From the NCBI GenBank assembly GCA_028870115.1, contig JAGWQH010000096.1:1242-65241 (forward strand): a stretch of DNA of 64,000 bases. Direction: 5' to 3'. Position 1 is the stretch's first letter. The number at the start of each line of letters is the position of its first letter. Both the position numbers and the translations under genes were made by a program. The notes under the pieces are model-generated. The model had not been told where the DNA came from and did no database searches. It was given only the letters and a program-made list of their open reading frames with translations. Positions 11,244-22,542 of the stretch are shown here, one piece after another. The stretch is from Candidatus Methylomirabilota bacterium (GTDB taxonomy: Bacteria > Methylomirabilota > Methylomirabilia > Methylomirabilales > Methylomirabilaceae).

Positions 11244-12461
11244 TCAGCTCCGGTACCCGGCGTTGATCCTGACATACGCTTCACTCAAATCGGTGGTCAG
11301 GACGACCGCTCCTGCTGCGCCCTCGTGCAGATGAACGGTTAGGTCAAACTCGGGCCGGCGCATTCGTGCGGCCGCCTGTCGCTCTGCCGCCGCGCCCATG
11401 CCAACCCCCTTTCGGACCACAGGAATCCTATCCAGGGCGATCTCCACGCGGCTGGGATCGAATCGCATCCCCGAGGCGCCGATGGCCGACATGATCCGTC
11501 CCCAATTACAATCCTCCCCAAAGAAGGCCGTCTTGACAAGTGCGGAGTTGGCAATCGCCTTCGCCGCAACCCTGGCATCACGTGTCGTCCGCGCTCCCAT
11601 CACCTCTATCCGAACAAGTTTGGTCGCTCCCTCCCCATCCTTTACAATCATTGTAGCCAGACGAGAGAGAACCTGAAAGAGGGCCTCTTCAAACGCGGCT
11701 AACTTTGGAGTACCGGCTTTCAGCGGCGGCGTATCGCTCATCCCATTCGCAAACAGCAAGACGGTATCGTTCGTACTCATACACCCATCCACCGTGATGG
11801 CGTTAAAGGAATCCTTGATTGTCCGCCGCAGAGCCCGACGCAGAAGAGGGGCGGAGACCTGGGCATCGGTGCCCACGAAACAAAGCATCGTAGCCAGATT
11901 CGGCGCGATCATCCCGGATCCCTTTGTCATTCCACCGATCACCACGGGTTTGCCGTCCAGTTCAAAGCTGACCGCTGCCTCCTTTGGATGGGTATCGGTG
12001 GTCATGATCGCCCTGGCCGCCGCCTCGCCGCCGCGAACCGAGAGACACCCGACCCCCTCGCGAATCCCAGAAAGAATCTTGGAGATTGGAAGCCGCCTGC
12101 CGATCACCCCGGTGGAGGCGACAAAGACTTCGCCTGCGGGACGGTCGAGGAGTCCGGCAAGTCGATCGCGCATCTGCGCTGCGTCCCGTTCGCCTTGCGG
12201 TCCGGTGCAGGCGTTGGCATTACCGCTATTTGCCACAATCGCGGAGAAATTACCGCCCTTCAGTTGCCGCTCGCAGAGAAGCACCGAGGCCGCCTTCGAC
12301 CGATTGCTGGTTGTGACCCCGGCCACGGTGGCGGGTCGATCCGAGACGACGAGAGCAAGGTCGAGCCCGGCCTTTTTGATACCGCAGTAGAGTCCGGCAG
12401 CCCTGATACCTTTGGCCGCCGTCACCCCACCGGGGATGTCCCGTATCGTCAGCTGCTCCAC
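11244..12461 (-). CDS. argJ: Bifunctional ornithine acetyltransferase / N-acetylglutamate synthase
   Basis: NSGNANACTG, ASTGVIG, IMTTDT, KGSGMIAPN, DGCMSTNDT (autocleavage), DGEGATK; start tentatively GTG 12461. Confidence 0.96.
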   Translation of the reverse strand: MEQLTIRDIPGGVTAAKGIRAAGLYCGIKKAGLDLALVVSDRPATVAGVTTSNRSKAASVLLCERQLKGGNFSAIVANSGNANACTGPQGERDAAQMRDRLAGLLDRPAGEVFVASTGVIGRRLPISKILSGIREGVGCLSVRGGEAAARAIMTTDTHPKEAAVSFELDGKPVVIGGMTKGSGMIAPNLATMLCFVGTDAQVSAPLLRRALRRTIKDSFNAITVDGCMSTNDTVLLFANGMSDTPPLKAGTPKLAAFEEALFQVLSRLATMIVKDGEGATKLVRIEVMGARTTRDARVAAKAIANSALVKTAFFGEDCNWGRIMSAIGASGMRFDPSRVEIALDRIPVVRKGVGMGAAAERQAAARMRRPEFDLTVHLHEGAAGAVVLTTDLSEAYVRINAGYRS

Positions 12462-12483
12462 AAACGGAACGCCTTTGCCTGGG

Positions 12484-13566
12484 TTAGGGGAAGAGCGGGG
12501 GGATTTGCAACCCCGTCCGTTCATCGAGACCCATCATCACGTTCATGGCCTGGATTGCCTGTCCCGAGGCGCCCTTGACGAGATTGTCGATGGCCGTCAC
12601 GACGATGGCGCGCCGTGTCCTGGTATCGACGGCGAAGCCGATATCGCAGAAGTTGGAACCGCGCACCTGCTTGGTCTCAGGAAATCGACCCTCAGGAAGG
12701 ACCCTCACGAACGGCTCGTTTCGATACCAATCCCGGTAAAGCGCGCGCAGTTGCTCTATATCTTTAGAGGTCACGAGGGTGGCGGTGATGGTGGCCAGGA
12801 TTCCTCGGACTGTTCCCACCAGGTGTGGCGTAAACGTCACCAGCACCTCCCGGCCGATGCAGCGGCTGAGTTCCTGCTCAATCTCCGGCGTATGCCGGTG
12901 GCTCGCGACTTTGTACGCCCTACAATTGCCATGAAGCTCCGCGAAGTGCAGCGGAAGGTCCGGCTTTCGCCCGGCGCCTGAGGCGCCAGAGATCGCATCA
13001 ATGACCAGGGAGTCCGGGTCGATGACCTCCCGCTTCAACAGGGGGAGCAGCCCAAGCAGGACAGCCGTGGGGTAGCAGCCTGGCACCGCTGCCAGTCGCG
13101 CGGTGATAAGCTGCTGGCGGTAGAACTCTGGAAGGGCATAGACCACTTCTTTCAGCAGCTCCGGCGCCGTATGATCCACGCCATACCACTGGCGATAGAC
13201 AGCGGGATCGCGTAGACGAAAATCAGCACTCAGGTCAATGACCTTTCTCCCCAAGGGTAGCAACTCGACCGCTGCGGTCATCGCCGTTTTGTGGGGCACG
13301 GCCAGGAAGACTACGTCAGCATGCTTCGTCACCTCACGCGAATCGAACTTTTTGCATGTCAGCTTAAGCATGCCAAAGAGACTGGGAAACACCTCTTCGA
13401 TCGACGAATCCGCATAACTCTCCGAGGTAAGCGCGGTGATCTCCACAGCCGGATGGTTGATCAGGAGACGGAGAAGCTCCACGCCGGTATAGCCGCTGGC
13501 TCCGACCACCGCTGCCCTGATCTTACGCCCCGTATCGTCCATCTGCGCTTTCATAAATACAGCCAT
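12484..13566 (-). CDS. argC: N-acetyl-gamma-glutamyl-phosphate reductase
   Basis: GASGYTG, DLSADFRL, PGCYPT, SGASGAGR, DNLVKGASGQA. Confidence 0.98.
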   Translation of the reverse strand: MAVFMKAQMDDTGRKIRAAVVGASGYTGVELLRLLINHPAVEITALTSESYADSSIEEVFPSLFGMLKLTCKKFDSREVTKHADVVFLAVPHKTAMTAAVELLPLGRKVIDLSADFRLRDPAVYRQWYGVDHTAPELLKEVVYALPEFYRQQLITARLAAVPGCYPTAVLLGLLPLLKREVIDPDSLVIDAISGASGAGRKPDLPLHFAELHGNCRAYKVASHRHTPEIEQELSRCIGREVLVTFTPHLVGTVRGILATITATLVTSKDIEQLRALYRDWYRNEPFVRVLPEGRFPETKQVRGSNFCDIGFAVDTRTRRAIVVTAIDNLVKGASGQAIQAMNVMMGLDERTGLQIPPLFP

Positions 13567-13580
13567 CAGTTGTCAACGAT

Positions 13581-13632
13581 GTAGGGTGCTGCTTGCTGCG
13601 CCCCTGTTGGGCATGGCAAGCCCTGCCCCTAC
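13581..13632. repeat. GTAG-type REP doublet
   Basis: GTAGGGTGCTGCTTGCTGCGCCCC...GGGCATGGCAAGCCCTGCCCCTAC; GTAG/CTAC ends. Confidence 0.75.
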
Positions 13633-13657
13633 ACTACCCGCTCAAAACATAAGCGGC

Positions 13658-13702
13658 CAGCCATCAGCAAAAGCTACCTGCTGAAAGCTGACCGCTGATC
13701 GC
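13658..13702. repeat. Heptamer hairpin array (CAGCNNN / CTGANNG)
   Basis: CAGCCAT CAGCAAA ... CTGAAAG CTGACCG CTGATCG; same family as 8058-8095, just downstream of the rpsI stop. Confidence 0.7.
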
Positions 13703-13711
13703 TTCTAACAA

Positions 13712-14110
13712 TTAGCGCTTTGAGAATTGGAACCGTGCGCGGGCTCCCTTCTGGCCATATTTTTTCCGCTCCTTCACTCGAGGGTCCCGCGTGAGGAGCC
13801 CGGCCTTCCGAAGCGTCGGCCGCAAGGAAGCATCTACAGCCAGGAGAGCGCGGGCGATGCCCAGTCGAACGGCTCCGGCCTGGCCGGTCAACCCCCCACC
13901 GGCCACGTTAGCGCGCAGGTCGAACTTCCCCTCCACCCCTATCGTCTTCAGAGGCTGAACGGCCAAGGTTTGATTGCTCGGGCGGCTGAAGTACTCCTGC
14001 AGGGGCCGCCGATTGATCACCATCTTCCCGTCACCGGGCGACAACCACACCCTGGCTACAGACGATTTTCGTCGGCCCGTCCCATACAACAACGCCTCTT
14101 CCGCTGGCAT
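13712..14110 (-). CDS. rpsI: 30S ribosomal protein S9
   Basis: [28 protein letters not shown]...[10 protein letters not shown]. Confidence 0.99.
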   Translation of the reverse strand: MPAEEALLYGTGRRKSSVARVWLSPGDGKMVINRRPLQEYFSRPSNQTLAVQPLKTIGVEGKFDLRANVAGGGLTGQAGAVRLGIARALLAVDASLRPTLRKAGLLTRDPRVKERKKYGQKGARARFQFSKR

Positions 14111-14119
14111 AGCTGAAAT

Positions 14120-14593
14120 TTATCCCTCCTTGACTGTCCCTTCGACTGAGCTGAGGGCAGGCTTTTTAACGAATGGTGTCGGCTGCTGCGATGCATGCGG
14201 GTGAGTGGGACCGGCATACACCTTGAGTTTACGAAACAGCGCATCGCCCAGCTTTGTTTTGGGCAACATCCCACGAACCGCGGCCTCCAGGATCCTCGTT
14301 GGGTGACTCTTCATCATCCGCTCAGCCGTGGTCGTCTTCAGCCCACCCGGATAGCCCGAATGGCGGTGATAAAGCTTATCTTTCAGCTTCTTACCCGTTA
14401 ATACCACTCGCTCGGCATTCACAATCACCACGAAATCCCCGGTATCCAGGTGCGGACTGAAGATCGGCTTGTGCTTCCCTCGCAGGAGCACAGCCACCTC
14501 AGTGGCCAGCCTCCCAAGCACCAGTCCAGACGCGTCGATCAGATGCCACCGCCTGTCGATTTCATTAACGGAGCGATGAATTGTCTTGCTCAT
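14120..14593 (-). CDS. rplM: 50S ribosomal protein L13
   Basis: [40 protein letters not shown]. Confidence 0.99.
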   Translation of the reverse strand: MSKTIHRSVNEIDRRWHLIDASGLVLGRLATEVAVLLRGKHKPIFSPHLDTGDFVVIVNAERVVLTGKKLKDKLYHRHSGYPGGLKTTTAERMMKSHPTRILEAAVRGMLPKTKLGDALFRKLKVYAGPTHPHASQQPTPFVKKPALSSVEGTVKEG

Positions 14594-14638
14594 GACGTAA
14601 CCTTCCCCCCTTCATACTTGCTGTCTCAGAACCGTTGT

Positions 14639-14667
14639 AGGTTAAAGGTAGAGGTTACAATTGTCAA
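14639..14667 (-). promoter_or_regulatory. sigma70 promoter for rplM-rpsI
   Basis: TTGACA-N17-TAACCT. Confidence 0.7.
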
Positions 14668-14784
14668 GGAAAAAATCGTCAGAGTGCGACGCCAACTCCG
14701 TTTTTGATGGAATTCCGCAGTCTGATAGGCTAGTATAATTTTAAAATGTTGGGTGTTAAGGCGCGGAAGGGATTGGAGGAGTAG

Positions 14785-15036
14785 ATGTTCGGACTCGGAA
14801 TGCCGGAACTGCTGGTAATCTTACTGATTGCCCTCGTCGTGTTTGGCGCTGCCAAGCTGCCGCAAATTGGCAGCTCTCTCGGCACGGCAATTCGCGAATT
14901 CAAGAAGTCCGTCGAATCGCCCGAAAGGGAAGTGCCGCCTGCACCCCCCGAGGAGATCCTCTGTAGTCAGTGTCGCCGGTCTTTACAGAAGGATTGGCTG
15001 GCCTGTCCTCATTGCGGCACGAAGCGCGAGGCGTAG
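14785..15036 (+). CDS. tatA: TatA/E-family subunit with C-terminal zinc ribbon
   Basis: MFGLGMPELLVILLIALVVFGAAKLPQIGSSLG.AIREFKK, then CSQC-x10-CPHC; SD GGAGGAG. Confidence 0.9.
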   Translation: MFGLGMPELLVILLIALVVFGAAKLPQIGSSLGTAIREFKKSVESPEREVPPAPPEEILCSQCRRSLQKDWLACPHCGTKREA

Positions 15037-15060
15037 GGGCGACCGGTCGGTCGGCCCTAC
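15033..15060. repeat. GTAG-type REP between convergent tatA and coaX stops (possible terminator)
   Basis: GTAGGGGCGACCGGTCGGTCGGCCCTAC; contains the tatA TAG. Confidence 0.8.
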
Positions 15061-15825
15061 CTATATGTTGCGCTCGTAGATGATCCGTAGGCCGGTCAAT
15101 GTGAGCAGCGGGTCTACATGCTTGACGCTTGGCGACTCGGCAAGGATCAGGTGGGCAAGACCTCCAGTACCGATGACGATGGGATCGCCCCCCAACTCTT
15201 CACGCATCCGCGTCACGATCCCTTCCACCAGCCCGAGATAGCCGAAGAACAGGCCGGATTGCATGCTGGCCACTGTCGTTTTTCCCACCACAGTTTTCGG
15301 CTTGGCGATATCGATTCGAGGTAGTTTGGCTGTCCGCTCAAAGAGAGCCTCAGCGGCAATCCCGATACCAGGAGCGATGACGCCTCCTACATACTCCCCT
15401 TGGGCCGAGACCGCGTCAAAGGTGGTCGCGGTGCCAAAATCCACCACAATCGCCGGGCCGCCGTAGACCTCGAACGCCGCTACCGCATTGACGATCCGAT
15501 CGGCCCCCACCTCTCGCGGACTATCGTATAGGATCGGCATACCAATCTTGATCCCAGAGCCGACAACCAGGGGGACGATCCCGAAGTAACGATGGCCCAT
15601 CTCCTCGAGGGATGATTGGAGCGGCGGGACCACTGAGGCGATAATAAGCGCCGAGATCTGCTCCGGCCCCAGCCCGCCGAGGTGTAACAGATTACTGATC
15701 AACATCCCGTATTCGTCGCCGGTCCCTTCCCGCCTGGTACTGAGCCGCCAATGCACCCGGAGCTCCTTGTCCTCGAATACCCCGACCACCGTATTGGTAT
15801 TACCCACGTCCAAGGCGAGCAGCAT
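15061..15825 (-). CDS. coaX: Type III pantothenate kinase
   Basis: LALDVGNTN, GADRIVN, VVDFGTATTFD, GGVIAPG, TGGLA. Confidence 0.97.
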   Translation of the reverse strand: MLLALDVGNTNTVVGVFEDKELRVHWRLSTRREGTGDEYGMLISNLLHLGGLGPEQISALIIASVVPPLQSSLEEMGHRYFGIVPLVVGSGIKIGMPILYDSPREVGADRIVNAVAAFEVYGGPAIVVDFGTATTFDAVSAQGEYVGGVIAPGIGIAAEALFERTAKLPRIDIAKPKTVVGKTTVASMQSGLFFGYLGLVEGIVTRMREELGGDPIVIGTGGLAHLILAESPSVKHVDPLLTLTGLRIIYERNI

Positions 15826-15831
15826 ACGTCT

Positions 15832-16650
15832 CTACCCTGTAAGCGTGACATCACCGGCAACCAGGTGATGCAACGTACCCCTTGCATCGCGGATCACCAG
15901 CCGCCCTTTGCCATCCAGCTCGACCGCGAAACCGGACACCTCTTCATCGCCGGATCGGGCCACGACCATCCGACCCAAGGTCAGACAGCGGCGCCGGACC
16001 TGTTCCAGAATGGGCTGGGGTCCATCACACAAGAACCGCTCGTACCAACCGTCGAGGCGCTCGCAGAGTGACCGCACGACCGCTGTTCGATCTATGGGAT
16101 AGCCGGCCTCAACTCGGAGCGAACCGGCAGTCTGGCGTAGCTCTCCTGCGAAGTCCGTCTCGGTCTGGTTCACGTTGATGCCGATCCCAAGGATGACATA
16201 AAGGATGCGGGAGCCCTCTGCCGCCATCTCGCCCAGGATGCCGCCCACCTTCCGGCCGTGCAAGATCAGATCATTCGGCCACTTGAGCGCTGTCGTGAAC
16301 CCCGTGGTCCGTTCTATCGCCTCGGCCCCTGCTACCGCACCCATGAGAGCGAGCACGGGGGCGCCCTGCGGCGGAATCGGCGGTCTCAGTATGACGGAGA
16401 AATACAGCCCCAGCCCCATCGGCGATTCCCATTGACGACCCAGCCGACCACGCCCACGGTACTGCCGCTCCGCAATGACGATCATCCCCTCCGTCTCGCC
16501 ACGGTCGGCCAGCACGGCCGCTTCGTCATTCGTCGACTCGACCTCCTGGAACAGGTGGATCGCGGTCCCGATCCGCCGCGTGGTCAAGCTGACCCGGATC
16601 CCTGTCTCTCGTAACGGCGCCAGGAGTTCCTGATGGTTCCTTACAGCCAC
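15832..16650 (-). CDS. birA: Biotin-[ACC] ligase (no N-terminal HTH evident)
   Basis: STNDEA, QYRGRGRLGRQW, KWPND, KVGGIL, GIGINVN. Confidence 0.95.
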   Translation of the reverse strand: MAVRNHQELLAPLRETGIRVSLTTRRIGTAIHLFQEVESTNDEAAVLADRGETEGMIVIAERQYRGRGRLGRQWESPMGLGLYFSVILRPPIPPQGAPVLALMGAVAGAEAIERTTGFTTALKWPNDLILHGRKVGGILGEMAAEGSRILYVILGIGINVNQTETDFAGELRQTAGSLRVEAGYPIDRTAVVRSLCERLDGWYERFLCDGPQPILEQVRRRCLTLGRMVVARSGDEEVSGFAVELDGKGRLVIRDARGTLHHLVAGDVTLTG

Positions 16651-16679
16651 TTCGAATCTCTTTTTCTGCCCGCCTGTCG

Positions 16680-19394
<2,715 letters not shown>

Positions 19395-19434
19395 CTCAGA
19401 TCCTGTTAGCGTGCCTCTTCCCTTCTCTCTCCAG

Positions 19435-19456
19435 CCTGTGCGTGTCCGCACGCAGG
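19435..19456. repeat. Short CCTG...CAGG palindrome upstream of valS
   Basis: CCTGTGCGTGTCCGCACGCAGG; shares GCACGCAG with the half copy in the ABC ATPase. Confidence 0.5.
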
Positions 19457-19543
19457 CAGACGGCATCATCGTTCGACAACGTAACACATCCTGGATAACA
19501 GATCAAGGCTGGTTCAGCTTCTCAAGAGTGAGGATTGGGGCGC

Positions 19544-19579
19544 GTTATTGCCAGCGACCAGCGGGAGCGCGACAATCTC
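19544..19579. repeat. GTCATTGCGAG-type REP-like element (degenerate)
   Basis: GTTATTGCCAGCGACCAGCGGGAGCGCGACAATCTC; related to reverse complement of 59188-59214. Confidence 0.5.
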
Positions 19580-19640
19580 ACCGTCAAATCTCTCCTCGCC
19601 AGACGGATACCCTATGGGCGCCGCAAGAGCGCCTTTTCTA

Positions 19641-19687
19641 TTCCCCTCGCCCCCCCCATCTTGGAGGAGAGGGTGCGGGTGAGGGGG
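19641..19687. repeat. CCCTCNCCC...GGAGAGGG-type palindrome
   Basis: TTCCCCTCGCCCCCCC...GGAGGAGAGGGTGCGGGTGAGGGGG; 22-mer 19663-19684 is 21/22 identical to 47693-47714 in metG. Confidence 0.75.
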
Positions 19688-19707
19688 AACTTACGGTAGC
19701 GTACTCG

Positions 19708-20007
19708 TTACACAACCACAGTATACCGGCGGATATCCGGATCGGCGGCAGCCAAATCCGGCAACTTCACACGAGCGCGTTGCAGGTGTGGCGACTGTAG
19801 GTGCGCATCAAGATCGCCTTCGCTTCGCCACTCTTCCACAAAAGTAAAATCTGTCGGATCGGTCTTATTTTGAAGCAACTCGTACGTCACGCAGCCAGGC
19901 TCCCTGCGCGTGGGCTCGACCAGGCCCTGCAGCAAGGTCCGGAGTTCTTCTACCTTTCCATGACGGGCAACAACTCGGGCCACCACTCGTACCCCTTGAT
20001 TCGGCAT
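19708..20007 (-). CDS. Antibiotic biosynthesis monooxygenase / quinol monooxygenase family protein
   Basis: TRREPGCVTYEL, FTFVEEW, LDAHLQSPH; SD AGGAG. Confidence 0.9.
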   Translation of the reverse strand: MPNQGVRVVARVVARHGKVEELRTLLQGLVEPTRREPGCVTYELLQNKTDPTDFTFVEEWRSEGDLDAHLQSPHLQRARVKLPDLAAADPDIRRYTVVV

Positions 20008-20128
20008 TCCGACCACTCCTTTCTCGGCTGACCTTCACCAGCCCCGGCTCGAAGGCATCGCCGATGACGGCACGGTCACCAACGTAGGCCATCGGTCAGT
20101 TCGCCCGTAAGTTCGCCGTCCTCGCGCG

Positions 20129-20329
20129 TCAGAGCGCGACTTCCAGGGGTTTCTTACTTAGGGCGCTCACCTTGAGCACCGAGAAGCCGAGTAAGTTTCC
20201 CTCCGCGTCTATCTTTTCCATGACCTGATCATTCTCGGTTTCGTGAAAATAGCCCGGACGCTGGTCGAATATAACCTCCAGGTAGTCGCCTTCCGGGTCG
20301 TACCAGATCTTTACTTTCCTTTCGGCCAT
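20129..20329 (-). CDS. DUF2283 family protein (putative antitoxin)
   Basis: KIWYDPEGDYLEV...IDAEGNLLGFSVL. Confidence 0.85.
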   Translation of the reverse strand: MAERKVKIWYDPEGDYLEVIFDQRPGYFHETENDQVMEKIDAEGNLLGFSVLKVSALSKKPLEVAL

Positions 20330-20624
20330 AACTGCTCTCCTTTCTTTACCTTGTCGGTCAGATACGCCGTAAGCACAAACGCGGTGACTGCGTGCACCTT
20401 AACGACCACACAGAGATACTTGTCTCCCACCATTGTACCCACATAGAGACGATAGTAAAATCTGGCCTGCTCGTCGCTCAGCGACTGAATCGCAGCCTAA
20501 GAATGTTGAAGCGTTTCCTCGATCGCCTTCTCCATGCCCGCCATTTCCGGATGCTCCAGGATGTAGACAAAACGTTCATCCGTAAGACGGTCGCAAGCTT
20601 CTGATAATCGCGCAAGATCGTCAT
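20311..20624 (-). pseudogene. Disrupted toxin-like partner of DUF2283 (RelE/DUF4258/PBECR-like)
   Basis: MTILRDYQKLA / 1-nt frameshift / RLTDERFVYILEHPEM...TLQHS*AAIQSLSD...KYLCVVVK...FVLTAYLTDKVKKGEQLWPKGK; 314 nt; internal TAG 20497-20499. Confidence 0.75.
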
Positions 20625-20675
20625 TCCAGGTCTCGCGCGACGGTGGACTCGTTGTTATGCACAACGGGGGCATTC

Positions 20676-20840
20676 ATGAAAAGCATCAGAGCGTATAAGG
20701 CGAAAACGCATCTGCCTGAGCTCTTAGAGCGTGTCGCCAAAGGAGAGAAGATCACGATCACCAAGTACGGCGTCCCGGTAGCCACATTGCAGCCTGCGAA
20801 TACCGTGGAGCGCCGCCCTTGTATGGAATACCTCGCGTAG
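20676..20840 (+). CDS. Phd/YefM-family antitoxin, orphan and possibly truncated
   Basis: MKSIRAYKAKTHLPELLERVAKGEKITITKYGVPVATLQP; no toxin ORF follows. Confidence 0.8.
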   Translation: MKSIRAYKAKTHLPELLERVAKGEKITITKYGVPVATLQPANTVERRPCMEYLA

Positions 20841-20884
20841 CGAGTACACTCCAGTACGGTCAGGCAATGTGCGCACACCGCACC

Positions 20885-21397
20885 TCAACTCTTATCAGCA
20901 AGTAACGCGGTGTATGTGGCAAGGTCAGCGGTAGAGAAGCAGACAAAGATCACCTCCTTCACCCTCTGATCGCTCGCAACGAAATCGCGAACCGTTTCCA
21001 CAGCGACCTGCGCGGCCAACGCCTTCGGGTATCCATAGACGCCGGTACTGATACACGGAAAGGCCACTCTGGACAGCCCGGTATCGGCGGCCAGCCGTAA
21101 CGATGTGGTATAGCAGGAGGCGAGCACCTCTTTCTCGCCGTGGGAACCCCCTCGCCATATCGGGCCGACGGTATGGATGACATATTTCGCAGGCAGTCGA
21201 AAGCCCTTTGTCATCTTTGCATCGCCGGAATGACATCCACCCAGCGAACGACACTCGGCCAACAATCCAGGCCCTGCCGCCCGGTGAATCGCGCCATCCA
21301 CTCCACCCCCGCCCAGCAACGACGAATTCGCGGCGTTTACAATCGCATCGACAGCCAGCGTTGTAATATCGGCCTGTACTGCTCTGAGAATCGGCAT
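20885..21397 (-). CDS. Macrodomain O-acetyl-ADP-ribose deacetylase (YmdB/MacroD-like)
   Basis: [48 protein letters not shown]. Confidence 0.95.
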   Translation of the reverse strand: MPILRAVQADITTLAVDAIVNAANSSLLGGGGVDGAIHRAAGPGLLAECRSLGGCHSGDAKMTKGFRLPAKYVIHTVGPIWRGGSHGEKEVLASCYTTSLRLAADTGLSRVAFPCISTGVYGYPKALAAQVAVETVRDFVASDQRVKEVIFVCFSTADLATYTALLADKS

Positions 21398-21675
21398 CCT
21401 GACCTCCGTTGCTAAAAGAGGCCCCAACCAAGTAATCGAATGGTAATTCCAGGACGTGGGGGCGTCAAGCCGAAAGGAGCGAAGGGATTACTGGTGCCGT
21501 CATCAGAGGAGAAGCACAATGCCCAAGGTAGAGGTCGAATTCAACTGAGGGCGGCTTGCCGCGATCCTGGCTAGCTTGTCGGCTGGCGACCAGGAAACGC
21601 CCACAAAGCACGTTAAGAAGATGAGGACGTGGCTCAGGCTCTTCAGCGGGTGGAATCAAGAAGGACTATCCTTGT

Positions 21676-21730
21676 TGGTGCCGGGGGCGGGAGTCGAACC
21701 CGCATGAGCCGAAGCCCGCAGGATTTTAAG
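21676..21730 (-). repeat. 55-bp duplication of tRNA-Leu 3' half (att site)
   Basis: Identical to 23858-23912; diverges at the anticodon-loop 5' edge. Confidence 0.97.
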
Positions 21731-21885
21731 ACCGCCTAACGGCTGGCCTGCAAATTCGCTACAGGCGCGGGTTTGTGAGGACAGACGCGGAGTTACCTGA
21801 GAAAAGCCTTGCGACTGAGTTGTACCATATGCGCCCATTTTTGATGCCGTACTAGCACCAGAACTGACACCAGGAATGGAGGAGA

Positions 21886-22113
21886 TTACGAATCCTGAAG
21901 GAGCGACAGGAACTCATCCACCGTGATCCCGGCATACCGGATGAGCTTGCGGAGGGTTCCCCGATCCAGTTCGTTATGATCCGGGATGGAGAGATGGCGG
22001 CCGGATAGGTGATAGTAGATCATGTGAGAGCCTCGGTGGTGATCATACGCAAAGCCAAGCTTAGCAAACGCTTTCCCGGCTTCCCGCCCTGAGATGACCG
22101 GAAGCTTCGCCAC
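21886..22113 (-). CDS. hicA: HicA-family mRNA interferase toxin
   Basis: LPVISGRE..KAF.KLGF, RGSH catalytic motif, IPDHNELDRGTLRKLIR.AG. Confidence 0.92.
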   Translation of the reverse strand: MAKLPVISGREAGKAFAKLGFAYDHHRGSHMIYYHLSGRHLSIPDHNELDRGTLRKLIRYAGITVDEFLSLLQDS

Positions 22114-22322
22114 TATGCCGGGACCGCGACCTCAACCACGTGCTCCTCGGGAATAGGGAGCCCGTGTTTTTGTCGAATGGCCACAATGCCCTGGATCGCC
22201 TCCCGAATGTTCGCCAGTGCTTCCTCGGCATTTCTCCCTTGGGAGATACACCCGGGCAAGGCCGGGCATTCAGCCACGATGTAGCCATCCTCTCCTTCTT
22301 CTAAAACCACGAGAAATTTCAT
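22113..22322 (-). CDS. hicB: Short HicB-family antitoxin (no DNA-binding domain)
   Basis: VVLEEGEDGYIVAECPALPGCISQG...EEALANIREAI; 69 aa; stop overlaps hicA GTG. Confidence 0.92.
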   Translation of the reverse strand: MKFLVVLEEGEDGYIVAECPALPGCISQGRNAEEALANIREAIQGIVAIRQKHGLPIPEEHVVEVAVPA

Positions 22323-22542
22323 AGGTTCCCAACCATGACGATTCTGCAACCTCGCTAGAAGAGCCGCTCTCCGAGCATTGACCGGTACTCGACTTCGGTG
22401 TAGGATTGCGACTGAAGCATACCATGTGCAACCAGATTTGACAAGTAACTCGCGCTGGAACTAGCCCCAGCGATTCGCCACGGTCTGGGTCTGCAGCCCG
22501 AAGAGCCGCTCCGAACGACCCTGGCGTTTTGAGATTCTTTTA

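Noticed and set aside
19865-20092. Short ORF MAYVGDRAVIGDAFEPGLVKVS...
   Set aside because: Overlaps the ABM gene in another frame, no recognisable family
20497-20499. In-frame TAG as possible recoding (pyrrolysine or readthrough)
   Set aside because: The same gene also has a frameshift and no pyl genes are seen; simple pseudogenisation is more likely
21492-21499. 8-bp TGGTGCCG match to the tRNA-Leu 3' end as a second att site
   Set aside because: Too short to distinguish from chance
22358-22511. 12-bp direct repeat GAAGAGCCGCTC (22358-22369, 22500-22511) inside the islet
   Set aside because: Only two copies with a 130-bp spacer and no cas genes; not a CRISPR array and no function can be assigned
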